64,000 nt of DNA from Myxococcota bacterium (GTDB lineage Bacteria; Myxococcota_A; UBA9160; JAFDDA01): contig OZ245817.1 in the NCBI GenBank assembly GCA_965228475.1, forward strand, positions 2,368,001 through 2,432,000, in the 5' to 3' direction. A program made the position numbers and the translations under genes. This document shows, in pieces, positions 9,767-18,424 of this stretch (position 1 is its first letter; each line of letters opens with the position of its first letter). The notes beneath the pieces were generated by a model. It made no database searches. It saw nothing but the letters and a program-made list of their open reading frames with translations, and was not told the DNA's origin.

Positions 9767-10189
9767 ATGGCGAAGGGCGAAGGGAACTCGCGGCTCCTGC
9801 TGCTCGTCTTGATCGGGCTGCTCGGGGCCGGGGGCTACAACTACCACCGGAACTATCAGGTCGAGGCGGCCGTCCCGCGCCCGTACAAAGCGTACTCGGA
9901 GGCGGACCTCCAGGCGCTGCTCGCCGCGTACCAGGGCGAGAACTCGGCCCTCGAAGCGCGCTACGAGAGTGCCCAATCCGCACGCGGCGCGCGTTCGGGC
10001 CCGGGCCTGCTCGACGAGAACGTGAAGGCCTTCGAGGCGGCCCAGCGCCGCTCGCAGTCGAGCCGGGAGATCGGGCAGAAGCTCTCGATGCAGCAGGCCG
10101 CCGCGCGCGAGATCGAAAGCGAGCTCGACCTGCGCCGCGATCAGGCCGACGTGATGAAGCTCCACCTGAAGCGCCTGCTGACGATCTAG
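9767..10189 (+). CDS. hypothetical membrane-anchored coiled-coil protein
   Basis: GGAGG RBS; N-terminal hydrophobic helix; helical remainder; good codon bias. Confidence 0.75.
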   Translation: MAKGEGNSRLLLLVLIGLLGAGGYNYHRNYQVEAAVPRPYKAYSEADLQALLAAYQGENSALEARYESAQSARGARSGPGLLDENVKAFEAAQRRSQSSREIGQKLSMQQAAAREIESELDLRRDQADVMKLHLKRLLTI

Positions 10190-10290
10190 CGACGCGGGGC
10201 GACGATGAACGACGCCCGGCGCAGCCTTTTCGCTGCCCCCCCCGGCGCCGACGTGGCCGCGCGCCGCCCGAAACCGCTATGGGTCGGGTC

Positions 10291-12243
10291 ATGCGCACGG
10301 CACCGAGCTTCTCGAGACTCGTCGCGGTCCTGCTCTGCGGGATGCTCGGCGGCGCGTCCGTCGCGGAGCCCCCCGGCCAGTCCTGGGGCCACTACGGCGG
10401 CGACCCGGGCGGGCACCGCTACCTCGCCGCAGACCAGATCACGCCCCAGAACGTCGAGGATCTGGAAGTCGCCTGGCACTGGCGGAGCGGCGAGCTCGAC
10501 GGCGAGCCGCCCCACGCCGAGACGGCCTTCGAAGCGACCCCGATCCTCTTCGAGGACACGCTCTACCTCTGCACCGCGCTGAACCAGGTGGCGGCCCTCG
10601 ACCCGGACACCGGCGCGGAGCGCTGGCGGCACGACCCGCAGGTCTCGCGGAAGGGGCGCTGGTCGAACCAGCACACGTGCCGCGGCGTGGCGAGCTGGCA
10701 GGGGGAGGGCCGGGAAGGCCTCTGCCGCGCCCGCATCTTCACCAACACCGTCGACGCCCGGCTGATCGCCCTCGATGCCCCCACCGGCCGGCCGTGCCCG
10801 GGCTTCGGCGAGGACGGCACCGTCGACCTGCGCGAGGGCGTCGGCAAGATCGCCTGGCAAGGCGAGTACGGCATGACCTCGGCGCCGCTCGTCCTCGGCG
10901 ACGTCGTGGTGGTCGGCTCCGCCATCGGCGACAACCAGCGGACGGACGCTCCGAGCGGCGTCGTGCGCGGCTTCGACGCGCGCACCGGGGCGCTTCGCTG
11001 GGGCTTCGATCTCGCGCCCCCGGGCTTCGTGCGGACGCCCGAGAACACGAGCGAGGCGGGCTGGGCGCTCGGCACGCCGAACGTCTGGGCGCCCATGTCC
11101 GCGGACGTCGAGCGCGGTCTCGTCTTCCTGCCGACCGGCAACCCGGCACCCGACTACTACCACGGCGGGAAGCGCCCCGATCACTACGGGAGCTCGGTGG
11201 TGGCCGTGCGCGCCGAGACCGGCGAGGTGGTGTGGCGCTTCCAGACGGTCCACAACGACGTCTGGGACTTCGACGTCCCGGCGCAGCCGACGCTCACCGA
11301 GATCGAGCGCGACGGCGAGCGGATCCCCGTCGTCGTCCAGGCGACGAAGATGGGCCACTTCTTCATCCTCCACCGCGAGACCGGCGAGCCCGTCTTTCCC
11401 GTGGAGGAGCGGCCGGTGCCCGCGAGCGACGTGCTCGGCGAGAAGCTCTCGCCGACCCAGCCGTTCCCGCTGCTTCCGCCGCCGCTCATCCGCCACGAGC
11501 CGCTGCGCGAGAGCGACGCCTGGGGCATGGCCGTGCTCGACCGCATGGCCTGCCAGCGCAAGATCCGCGGCATGCGTTCCGACGGGATCTTCACGCCGCC
11601 GAGCCTCGAGGGCTCGATCATGCTCCCCGGCAACGGCGGGGGCTCGAACTGGGGCGGCGTCGCCGTCGATCCGGTTCGCCAGCGGCTCATCGCGAACACG
11701 ATGGATCTCGCCTGGACGATCCACCTGATCCCCCGGGATGCGTTCCCGGCGCGGCGCGAGGCCGAGAAGGGGAGGGGCATCGAGTTCGCCCCGCAGACGG
11801 GGATGCCCTTCGGGCTGCGGCGTGACACGCTGCTCTCCCCGCTCGGCATCCCGTGCAATCCGCCGCCCTTCGGCACCCTGGCCGCGATCGACCTGACCAC
11901 CGGCGCCATCGAGTGGCAGGTGCCCCTCGGCACGACGCGCGATCTCTCGCCGGTTCCGATCCATTGGCGGATCGGCGTCCCGAACATCGGCGGCCCGATG
12001 GTGACTTCGACGGGACTCGTCTTCATCGGCGCCGCGCTCGACGACTATCTGCGCGCCTTCGATCTCGCGAGTGGAGAGGAGCTCTCCCGCTGGCGGCTCC
12101 CGGCGGGCGGGCAGGCGACGCCCATGAGCTACGTCGGGCCGAGCGGGCGCCAGTACGTGGTGATCGCGGCGGGAGGTCACGGCCGGGCGGGGTCGAAGAT
12201 CGGCGATTCGGTGGTCGCCTTCGCCTTGCCGAAGGCCGACTAG
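10291..12243 (+). CDS. PQQ-dependent dehydrogenase (glucose/quinate family)
   Basis: Signal peptide; WGHYGG, FEATP, CRGV, FQTVHNDVWDFD, GGSNWGG, GQATPMSY..GRQYVVIAAGGH. Confidence 0.93.
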   Translation: MRTAPSFSRLVAVLLCGMLGGASVAEPPGQSWGHYGGDPGGHRYLAADQITPQNVEDLEVAWHWRSGELDGEPPHAETAFEATPILFEDTLYLCTALNQVAALDPDTGAERWRHDPQVSRKGRWSNQHTCRGVASWQGEGREGLCRARIFTNTVDARLIALDAPTGRPCPGFGEDGTVDLREGVGKIAWQGEYGMTSAPLVLGDVVVVGSAIGDNQRTDAPSGVVRGFDARTGALRWGFDLAPPGFVRTPENTSEAGWALGTPNVWAPMSADVERGLVFLPTGNPAPDYYHGGKRPDHYGSSVVAVRAETGEVVWRFQTVHNDVWDFDVPAQPTLTEIERDGERIPVVVQATKMGHFFILHRETGEPVFPVEERPVPASDVLGEKLSPTQPFPLLPPPLIRHEPLRESDAWGMAVLDRMACQRKIRGMRSDGIFTPPSLEGSIMLPGNGGGSNWGGVAVDPVRQRLIANTMDLAWTIHLIPRDAFPARREAEKGRGIEFAPQTGMPFGLRRDTLLSPLGIPCNPPPFGTLAAIDLTTGAIEWQVPLGTTRDLSPVPIHWRIGVPNIGGPMVTSTGLVFIGAALDDYLRAFDLASGEELSRWRLPAGGQATPMSYVGPSGRQYVVIAAGGHGRAGSKIGDSVVAFALPKAD

Positions 12244-12264
12244 CGCCGAGAGCGCAAGGCCGGC

Positions 12265-12909
12265 TCAGTCTTCGTCGGAGTCGCCGGAGTCGGCCTTCTC
12301 GAGCAGCTTCTCGTTCGTGCCGAGCTCGAGGTCGAGCTCCATGCTCTCGCTGTCGTTCGAGGAGACCTCGCGCGTCGCGTCGTCGTCGTCGAGCACGCGC
12401 AGGGCCCGCAGGCTGTCGCGCTTCGGTGCCGGCTTGTCGTCGCTCTTCGATTCCTTCGGTGCGGCGGTCTGGTCCGTGTCGCACTTCGGGCAGATCGGGT
12501 CGGGCTTGTTCAGGTCGTAGAAGACCGCGTTGCAGGACCAGCAGGTCCAGCGGATCCCGAGCTTGTTGAGGCGCTTCCCGCCGGCCACGACCAGCTTGCC
12601 CGGCTTGACGGGCTTCGCGGCAGCGCGGGCGGCCTCGCGCTCGGCCTTGGCCAGGGCCTCGGCCTGCTTCTTCGTGAGGCGCTTCTTCTTGGTCGCCTTC
12701 TTCTTCGCTGCGGCCTTCTTCGCCGGCGCCTTCTTGGCGGTCGCCTTCTTCGCAGCGGCCTTCTTGGTCGCCTTCTTGGCGGCGGGCTTCTTCGCCGCCT
12801 TCTTGGTGACCTTCTTCTTGGCCGTCTTCTTCTTGGCGGCGGTCTTCTTGCGCGCAGCGGACTTCTTGGTCGTCTTCTTCTTGGCGGCAGTCTTCTTGGC
12901 CGGACTCAT
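12265..12909 (-). CDS. histone H1-like Lys/Ala-rich domain fused to FYDLN-acid Zn-ribbon domain
   Basis: Start MSPAKK; about 80 aa of AKK/TKK repeats; then CWSC..FYDLNK...CPKC; acidic tail. Confidence 0.88.
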   Translation of the reverse strand: MSPAKKTAAKKKTTKKSAARKKTAAKKKTAKKKVTKKAAKKPAAKKATKKAAAKKATAKKAPAKKAAAKKKATKKKRLTKKQAEALAKAEREAARAAAKPVKPGKLVVAGGKRLNKLGIRWTCWSCNAVFYDLNKPDPICPKCDTDQTAAPKESKSDDKPAPKRDSLRALRVLDDDDATREVSSNDSESMELDLELGTNEKLLEKADSGDSDED

Positions 12910-14291
12910 TCGTGAGCTCCCTCGCCGAGGCGGATGCCGGGCGCTGCATCCGCGAGGTCGCGGATTCCACTCCGCTCGAGATCTGTGGGACCGTCGAACC
13001 GTGCGTGGTCCATTTCGATCCGGACTCCCTCCCTGGGGGCGCGAAGCCCCGCCTGTTCGATCCAGGCGCGGTAGCACCCCTCGAGCGCCTTCCGCGCCGC
13101 CGCCGGCGAGGCGTCCCCCTGGGCGCTCTTCACCGGCGAGTATTCGGCGCTGCGGCGCGTTTCCATTACCGCAACCCGGGTGGTTCGTGCCAGTGCATCG
13201 AAGACGAAACGCTCGGCCTTGTAGGCATTCGGGCCCGTCGGGTCCGGGTCGTCGACGTGAGGCACGCGCTTGTGCGCCAGGTGGAGGGGGAGGGGCGGGC
13301 CCTCGGCCACGCGCCGCACGAACGCCGTTTCGAAGACGTGGATCCCGATGCTCCCGGCCCAGTGCACCAGGCGCCCCGAGGCGTCGCGGGCCGCCGCCAG
13401 GGTCTCCGGCAGCTCGCTGTACTCGACGATCTCCGTGCGGCCCCGGTGCCGGCACAGGAAGCCGACGTTCTCGAGCGGGTCGCGCTTCTCGACGGCCTTG
13501 CAGGACATCTCGGCGCCGCGCTCGAGGTGGAAGCCCAGGTACTCCGGATCCGCGAGCCGGGCCAGCGGGTTGTCGACGTGGTGGTAGAAGAGGGCGCGCA
13601 GGCCCCGGGCGTCCATGGCGTCGAGGGCGCCGGAGCCGAGCAGGGCGGCGAACAGTCCGCCGTGGCCGTCCGGGGCCATGGCCAGCCGGTCGGGGGCCGC
13701 GAGCAGGATCCGGCCCTCGGCGTCGAGCGCGGGCAGCGAGCCCTGGACGACGAAGTGGACGTCCTCCCGGGCGAGCCCGAGGAAGTGCTCGGCCTCGAAG
13801 TAGGCCCGGGTCGCCGCGTCCGTTGCGGGGCTCGTCATGATCCACCACGGGATCGAGCGGCCGGTGCGCCGGGCCTGGCCGCGCAGGCGCTGGGCAAAGA
13901 TGCCGAAGAGCGTCCGGCCGCTGACCGGGCCGATCGGGTAGCGGCCCTTCGGGCCGTCGAAGCCGAGCCGCGTGCCCTGGCCGCCGGCCACGGTGACGAC
14001 GCCGACGCCGCCCTCGGCGAGGAGATCCAGGCCCAGGGCCCGGTGGCGCGGGGCCTGGCTCGGCGCCTCGTCCAGCCCCAGGACTTCGACCGGCTCGATC
14101 GAGGCCGGGCTCGGCGGCTCGGCCGAACGGGCCGCCACGAAGCCGTCCCAGAGCGAAGCCAGGTCCAGCGCCGAGAGCTCGGCCTGCAGGCGCCGTCGGC
14201 CCTCCGGATCCAGCTCGGACCAGAACCGCAGGGCGTGTGCCTGGCCGGCCGCTGCGATCGGCTCGACCCAGTCCTCGTCCGGAAGCGCCAT
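12906..14291 (-). CDS. UDPGP type-1 family nucleotidyltransferase (eukaryote-like UDP-GlcNAc pyrophosphorylase)
   Basis: AGGQGTRLGFDGPKG, IMTS, APDGHGG, VDNPL, VEYSE, KAERFVFD, EYSPVK. Confidence 0.9.
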   Translation of the reverse strand: MALPDEDWVEPIAAAGQAHALRFWSELDPEGRRRLQAELSALDLASLWDGFVAARSAEPPSPASIEPVEVLGLDEAPSQAPRHRALGLDLLAEGGVGVVTVAGGQGTRLGFDGPKGRYPIGPVSGRTLFGIFAQRLRGQARRTGRSIPWWIMTSPATDAATRAYFEAEHFLGLAREDVHFVVQGSLPALDAEGRILLAAPDRLAMAPDGHGGLFAALLGSGALDAMDARGLRALFYHHVDNPLARLADPEYLGFHLERGAEMSCKAVEKRDPLENVGFLCRHRGRTEIVEYSELPETLAAARDASGRLVHWAGSIGIHVFETAFVRRVAEGPPLPLHLAHKRVPHVDDPDPTGPNAYKAERFVFDALARTTRVAVMETRRSAEYSPVKSAQGDASPAAARKALEGCYRAWIEQAGLRAPREGVRIEMDHARFDGPTDLERSGIRDLADAAPGIRLGEGAHE

Positions 14292-14368
14292 GGGCGGGGC
14301 GGTAGCACACGTCCGTGGGGGAGCGGGGAGGCGAAGGAGTCGCGGCCCGGCGAATCGACGGATTCACT

Positions 14369-14396
14369 ACTTTACATAATCTATCTTATCGGACGT
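14369..14396 (-). other. dif site (XerC/XerD chromosome dimer resolution site)
   Basis: Reverse complement ACGTCCGATAA-GATAGA-TTATGTAAAGT has the 11-6-11 architecture of E. coli dif (GGTGCGCATAA-TGTATA-TTATGTTAAAT); an isolated AT-rich intergenic patch. Confidence 0.9.
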
Positions 14397-14489
14397 TAGC
14401 GAGAAGAGGGCGAGGGAGCGAAAGCGGGCCAGGGCCCAAGGGTCGCGGGCCGGACGGCCTGCTGGGGGCTTCGGAGCGGCCGAGGCCGC

Positions 14490-15254
14490 CTAGCTGGCGG
14501 AGGCGCTGCGGAGCGACTGAGCCGCGCGGAGCTCGCGCAGCCGCGCCACCGTGTGGGCCGGGACTTCGTCGAGCACGGCGGCTTCTTCGAGCTCGGCGAA
14601 CAGTGCGAGCGCGGCCTCCGGCTCGCCGGCTTCGATGCGCGAGCGCGCGGCCGCGGCCAGCGATTCCCAGCGGCCCGGGAAGTCCGCGATCCGGCCCGCG
14701 CGTTCGTGGGCTTCGGCGGCAGCGGTCCATTCGCCGGCGTCCTCGTGGGCCCGGGCCGTTCGCCCGAGCAGCAAGGCCGCCAAGGCGGAATCCGGATCGA
14801 CGGAGTCGAGGCCGGCCTGCCAGGCGTCCTGGGCCAGATGCGGTGCTCCGAGGGCTTCGTGGAGGTTCCCGGCCTCGAGCATGGCGAGCGCTCCGGCGGC
14901 GGTTCCGGCGTGCTCGGCGCCCACGGCTTCGAACCGGCCGACGTAGGTCTCGCGGGTGGTCCGCGCGACCTCCGGGTTGGCGGGCTCGAGGATCTCGATG
15001 TCGTCGGGCTGCGCGCCCATCGCCGTCAGGTACTCGGTCCGGACGTCGGCCAGCGCGGAGGCGCCCTCCTGCTCGCTGCGGTCCGCGTAGCCCGAATACA
15101 GGTCCGTCCCCAGCGCGATCGCGAGGATCGCCACCGCCGCCACGCCGAGCAGAATGCGGTTCTCGGAGACCCAGCCGGCCATGCGATCGAAGCTCTCCTC
15201 GATCTCGTGCAGGGTCTCTTCGGCCTGATTCGGTTCGTCTCGACGGCGCGCCAC
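14490..15254 (-). CDS. membrane-anchored TPR protein (YfgM-like)
   Basis: GTG start; W..EN followed by a single TM helix, then TPR-like helices; adjacent to der. Confidence 0.8.
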   Translation of the reverse strand: MARRRDEPNQAEETLHEIEESFDRMAGWVSENRILLGVAAVAILAIALGTDLYSGYADRSEQEGASALADVRTEYLTAMGAQPDDIEILEPANPEVARTTRETYVGRFEAVGAEHAGTAAGALAMLEAGNLHEALGAPHLAQDAWQAGLDSVDPDSALAALLLGRTARAHEDAGEWTAAAEAHERAGRIADFPGRWESLAAAARSRIEAGEPEAALALFAELEEAAVLDEVPAHTVARLRELRAAQSLRSASAS

Positions 15255-15335
15255 GGCAGGTTCTCCCGGAGTCTCGGTTCGGCCAGGCTCGCCTGGCGGG
15301 GTCTCGGTCTCGGTTCGATCTCGAAGCGGCGGAGT

Positions 15336-16688
15336 CTAGCGCCGTCCCTCTCCGCGGCGATGGCGAAGCAGCAGCCGCACCGGGGTCCCCTGGAGCCCGA
15401 AACGCTCCCGGAGCTGGTTCTCGAGGAAGCGCACGTAGCTCTTCTGGATCGACTCCGGCGCGCTGCAGAACAGGACGAAGGTCGGCGGCGCCTCGGCGGT
15501 CTGGGTGGCGTAGAGGAACTTCACGGGCCGCCGGCGCGAGCCACGCTGGGCCATGGCCGGTTCATGCTTGTTCGTTGCGTCCTTCAGCCACTCGTTGAGC
15601 GCCGAGGTCTCGATCCGCGTGTGCGCCGCCGCGGCGAGCTGGCGCACGAGCGGCAGGATCTTCCCGCAGCGCGCCCCGGTCTTGGCGGAGACCTGGAGGA
15701 CCGGCGTATCGGACATGAAGCGCAGGCGGCGCTGGATCTCCTCGACCGTCCGGCGGCGCTGGGGCGCGTCCTCCTTGGCGGCGAGGTCCCACTTGTTCGC
15801 GAGCAGCGCCGCGGCCCGGCCGCGCTCCCGGGCCATGCCGGCCACGCGGACGTCCTGGTCCGTGACGCCCTCGTTCGCGTCGATCACGACCAGCGCCACG
15901 TCCGCACGCTCGAGGGCGCGCAGCGCCATGTAGGCCGAAGCGCGCTCGGTGCCCTTCTCCCGGCGCCCGGGCCGCCGGAGGCCCGCCGTGTCGATCAGCA
16001 CGAAGTCGCCGTCCTCGGTCCGCAGCAGGCTGTCGACGGCGTCGCGCGTGGTTCCCGGCACGTCCGAGACCACGACGCGCTCGTCCCCGAGCAGCCGGTT
16101 CGTGAGCGAGCTCTTGCCGACGTTCGGGCGCCCGACCAGGGCGATGCGAATCACCCCTTCGAGTGTTTCCTCAGGGGCTCCGGACTCCGGCACCTCGGCG
16201 ACGAGCGCCTCGAGGGCGTCGAAGGCGCCCGTGCCGTGCTCGGCCGAGACCGTGCGCAGGGGCAGCCCGAGGCGGTGGAACTCGGCGGCGCGCGCTTCGT
16301 GCTTCGGCTGGTCGATCTTGTTCACGACGAGCAGCAGCGGCCGCGAGCCCTTGCGCAGGGTCCGCGCGATCTCCTCGTCCTCAGGCAGGAGCCCGCCCTT
16401 CCCGTCCACGACGAACATCACCGCGTCGGCCCCCTCGACGGCCTCGCGGGCCTGGGCCTGCACCGCCGCCTCGAGCCCGGCTTCGGCCTCCGGGTCGAGC
16501 CCCGCGGTATCGACGAGCAGGATCTTCCGGTGGCCGAGATCGACGGTCTCGGTGATGCGGTCGCGCGTGACGCCCGGCGTGTTCTCCACGAGCGCCCGCC
16601 GCGATCCGGCGAAGCGGTTGAACAGCGTGCTCTTCCCGACGTTCGGGCGGCCCACGATGGCGATGATGGGGAGAGAGCGGTCGGCCAT
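15336..16688 (-). CDS. der: ribosome biogenesis GTPase Der (EngA)
   Basis: Two GRPNVGKS G-domains, DTAG, NKID/NKWD, C-terminal KH-like PPTFVLF...FGLQGTP. Confidence 0.97.
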   Translation of the reverse strand: MADRSLPIIAIVGRPNVGKSTLFNRFAGSRRALVENTPGVTRDRITETVDLGHRKILLVDTAGLDPEAEAGLEAAVQAQAREAVEGADAVMFVVDGKGGLLPEDEEIARTLRKGSRPLLLVVNKIDQPKHEARAAEFHRLGLPLRTVSAEHGTGAFDALEALVAEVPESGAPEETLEGVIRIALVGRPNVGKSSLTNRLLGDERVVVSDVPGTTRDAVDSLLRTEDGDFVLIDTAGLRRPGRREKGTERASAYMALRALERADVALVVIDANEGVTDQDVRVAGMARERGRAAALLANKWDLAAKEDAPQRRRTVEEIQRRLRFMSDTPVLQVSAKTGARCGKILPLVRQLAAAAHTRIETSALNEWLKDATNKHEPAMAQRGSRRRPVKFLYATQTAEAPPTFVLFCSAPESIQKSYVRFLENQLRERFGLQGTPVRLLLRHRRGEGRR

Positions 16689-16815
16689 GGCGGCGCAACC
16701 ATAGCCTCGTCCGGCGCCCTGCCCTGCCCGGACCGGCCTTCCCCGATGGACCCGGCTCCCGGGCCGCAGCGCCCGCAGCCTTCGTGGCCAAATCCGCGTC
16801 ACGGCACGCGTTTGC

Positions 16816-16845
16816 TTGACATTTCTTCTCGGCGGCCCGTAGAGT
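16816..16845 (+). promoter_or_regulatory. putative sigma70 promoter
   Basis: TTGACA-N18-TAGAGT about 60 bp upstream of the GGAGG RBS/GTG at 16903. Confidence 0.55.
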
Positions 16846-16902
16846 CGGCGACTGAAACGACCCTCGTGGCGACCTCGGTCGGCCCGAAAGGGAGGAACGC
16901 AA

Positions 16903-17376
16903 GTGAGAAGCCACGAAACTCGGAACAAGGCTCGGATCATGGCTCGGACCCTCGGGCTGGCCCTGGCGCTGGCCGTCGTCGCGGGCTCGCCGGGCACGGC
17001 CCAGGCGACCGGGGAGACCCTGAAGCGCGCCACGAGCAACATCCTCATGGCCCCCTTCGACATGGTGATGTCGCCGATCGTCGCGGGAAAGACGATCGTG
17101 ACCAACATGCAGGAGATCGACGATTCGACGGGCGTGCGTGTCGCCTACGCGGTCCCCGGCTACATCTTCCTGACCGGGATGCAGCTCGGCGCCTCCACGA
17201 TCCGCGCGATCAGCGGCGTCCTCGAGTTCCTGCCCGGCCTCGGCCTGCTCTTCTTCGACACCGACCTCGACCCGCTCTACGACCCCGTCGAGAACGGCGA
17301 CGCCATGGTCGACTACGACACCCGATTCCTGAACATGAAGTTCGGGATCGACTACACGGGCGCTTCGGCCTACTAG
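16903..17376 (+). CDS. exported hypothetical protein (possible resemblance to exosortase-associated TIGR04073-type proteins)
   Basis: GGAGG RBS; signal peptide ending AQA; KRATSNILMAPFD...RAISGVLE pattern. Confidence 0.7.
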   Translation: MRSHETRNKARIMARTLGLALALAVVAGSPGTAQATGETLKRATSNILMAPFDMVMSPIVAGKTIVTNMQEIDDSTGVRVAYAVPGYIFLTGMQLGASTIRAISGVLEFLPGLGLLFFDTDLDPLYDPVENGDAMVDYDTRFLNMKFGIDYTGASAY

Positions 17377-17425
17377 GCTCGGCGCCCGTGCCAGCGCCCG
17401 GCGGGTCCCCCCGCCGCGGCGCGGC

Positions 17426-18373
17426 TCATTCCGAGAGGAACCGCTCCACCGCGCCGGCGACGGCCTTCTCGTCGTCCGGGTGGAACCACTGCACGTCCGG
17501 GACCCCGCGCAGCCAGGTCCGCTGGCGCCGCGCGAAGCGGCGCGTGTCGGCCTTCATGGCGGCGAGCGCGTTGACGACGGTGTCGACGCCGTCGACCACC
17601 GGCTGCATGTGGCGGTAGCCGATGCCGCCCATGGGCTTGAGCTCGGGCCCGTAGCCGCGCTCGCGGAGTCCGCGCACCTCGCGCAGCAGGCCCGCCTCGA
17701 TCATCTGCTCGCAGCGCAGCTCGATGCGCCGGTCGAGTTCGTCGGTTCCCGGGTCGACGGCCAGGTGCAGCACGCGGAACGGGACGGCGCCCGGCGCCCG
17801 GTTCTCGGCCCGCTGGGCGGCGGTCTCCCCGGTGCGGTGCGCGAGCTCGAGGGCCCGCACGAGGCGCACCGTATCGTTCGGGTGGAGCTCCCGCGCGCGG
17901 TCCGGATCGAAGCGCTCGAGCTCGCGGTGGAGCCAGCCCGGGTCGCCCTGCTCCCGGGCCTCGCGGGCCTGGTCTTCCAGGCGCTGGCGGAGCTCCGGGT
18001 CCGCGCCGCCCCCGTCGACGAGGCCCTCGAGGAAGGCGCGCACGTAGAGCCCCGTCCCGCCGACCACGAGCACCGGCTGGCCCTTGGCATGGAGGTCCGC
18101 GGCGACGGCGCGCGCGTCCTCGGCGAAACGCGCCGCGTTGTAGGGCACGTCGGGAGCGACGACGTCGATCAGGTGATGCGGGACGCGGGCCCGTTCGGCG
18201 AGGCTCGGCTTGGCCGTCCCGATGTCGAGGTAGCGGTAGACCTGCATCGAGTCCGCGCTCAGGATCTCGGCGCCGATCGCCTCGGCGAGGCCGAGCGAGA
18301 GCCCCGTCTTGCCGGCGGCGGTCGGGCCGGCCAGGACGACGACGGGCGGTTTCTCTGCGGGGCTCTCGGACAT
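17426..18373 (-). CDS. miaA: tRNA dimethylallyltransferase
   Basis: GPTAAGKT, DSMQVY..LDIGTAKP, VGGTGLY, IGY, ARRQRTW. Confidence 0.98.
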   Translation of the reverse strand: MSESPAEKPPVVVLAGPTAAGKTGLSLGLAEAIGAEILSADSMQVYRYLDIGTAKPSLAERARVPHHLIDVVAPDVPYNAARFAEDARAVAADLHAKGQPVLVVGGTGLYVRAFLEGLVDGGGADPELRQRLEDQAREAREQGDPGWLHRELERFDPDRARELHPNDTVRLVRALELAHRTGETAAQRAENRAPGAVPFRVLHLAVDPGTDELDRRIELRCEQMIEAGLLREVRGLRERGYGPELKPMGGIGYRHMQPVVDGVDTVVNALAAMKADTRRFARRQRTWLRGVPDVQWFHPDDEKAVAGAVERFLSE

Positions 18374-18424
18374 GGCGGCGGAGCCTAGCAGCGCCGGTCG
18401 CCGGGGCTCGCGCGGGCCTCGGCG

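Noticed and set aside
12660..12905. CTTCTTGGC-type repeats as a CRISPR array or VNTR
   Set aside because: They are the coding repeats of the Lys/Ala-rich protein; there are no constant repeats with unique spacers and no cas genes.
14292..14489. Mobile element integrated at dif (IMEX)
   Set aside because: Only one dif-like copy was seen and both flanks are housekeeping-type genes.
16802..16816. Sigma54 promoter-like GGCACGCGTTTGC
   Set aside because: GG-to-GC spacing is 9 nt rather than the required 10.
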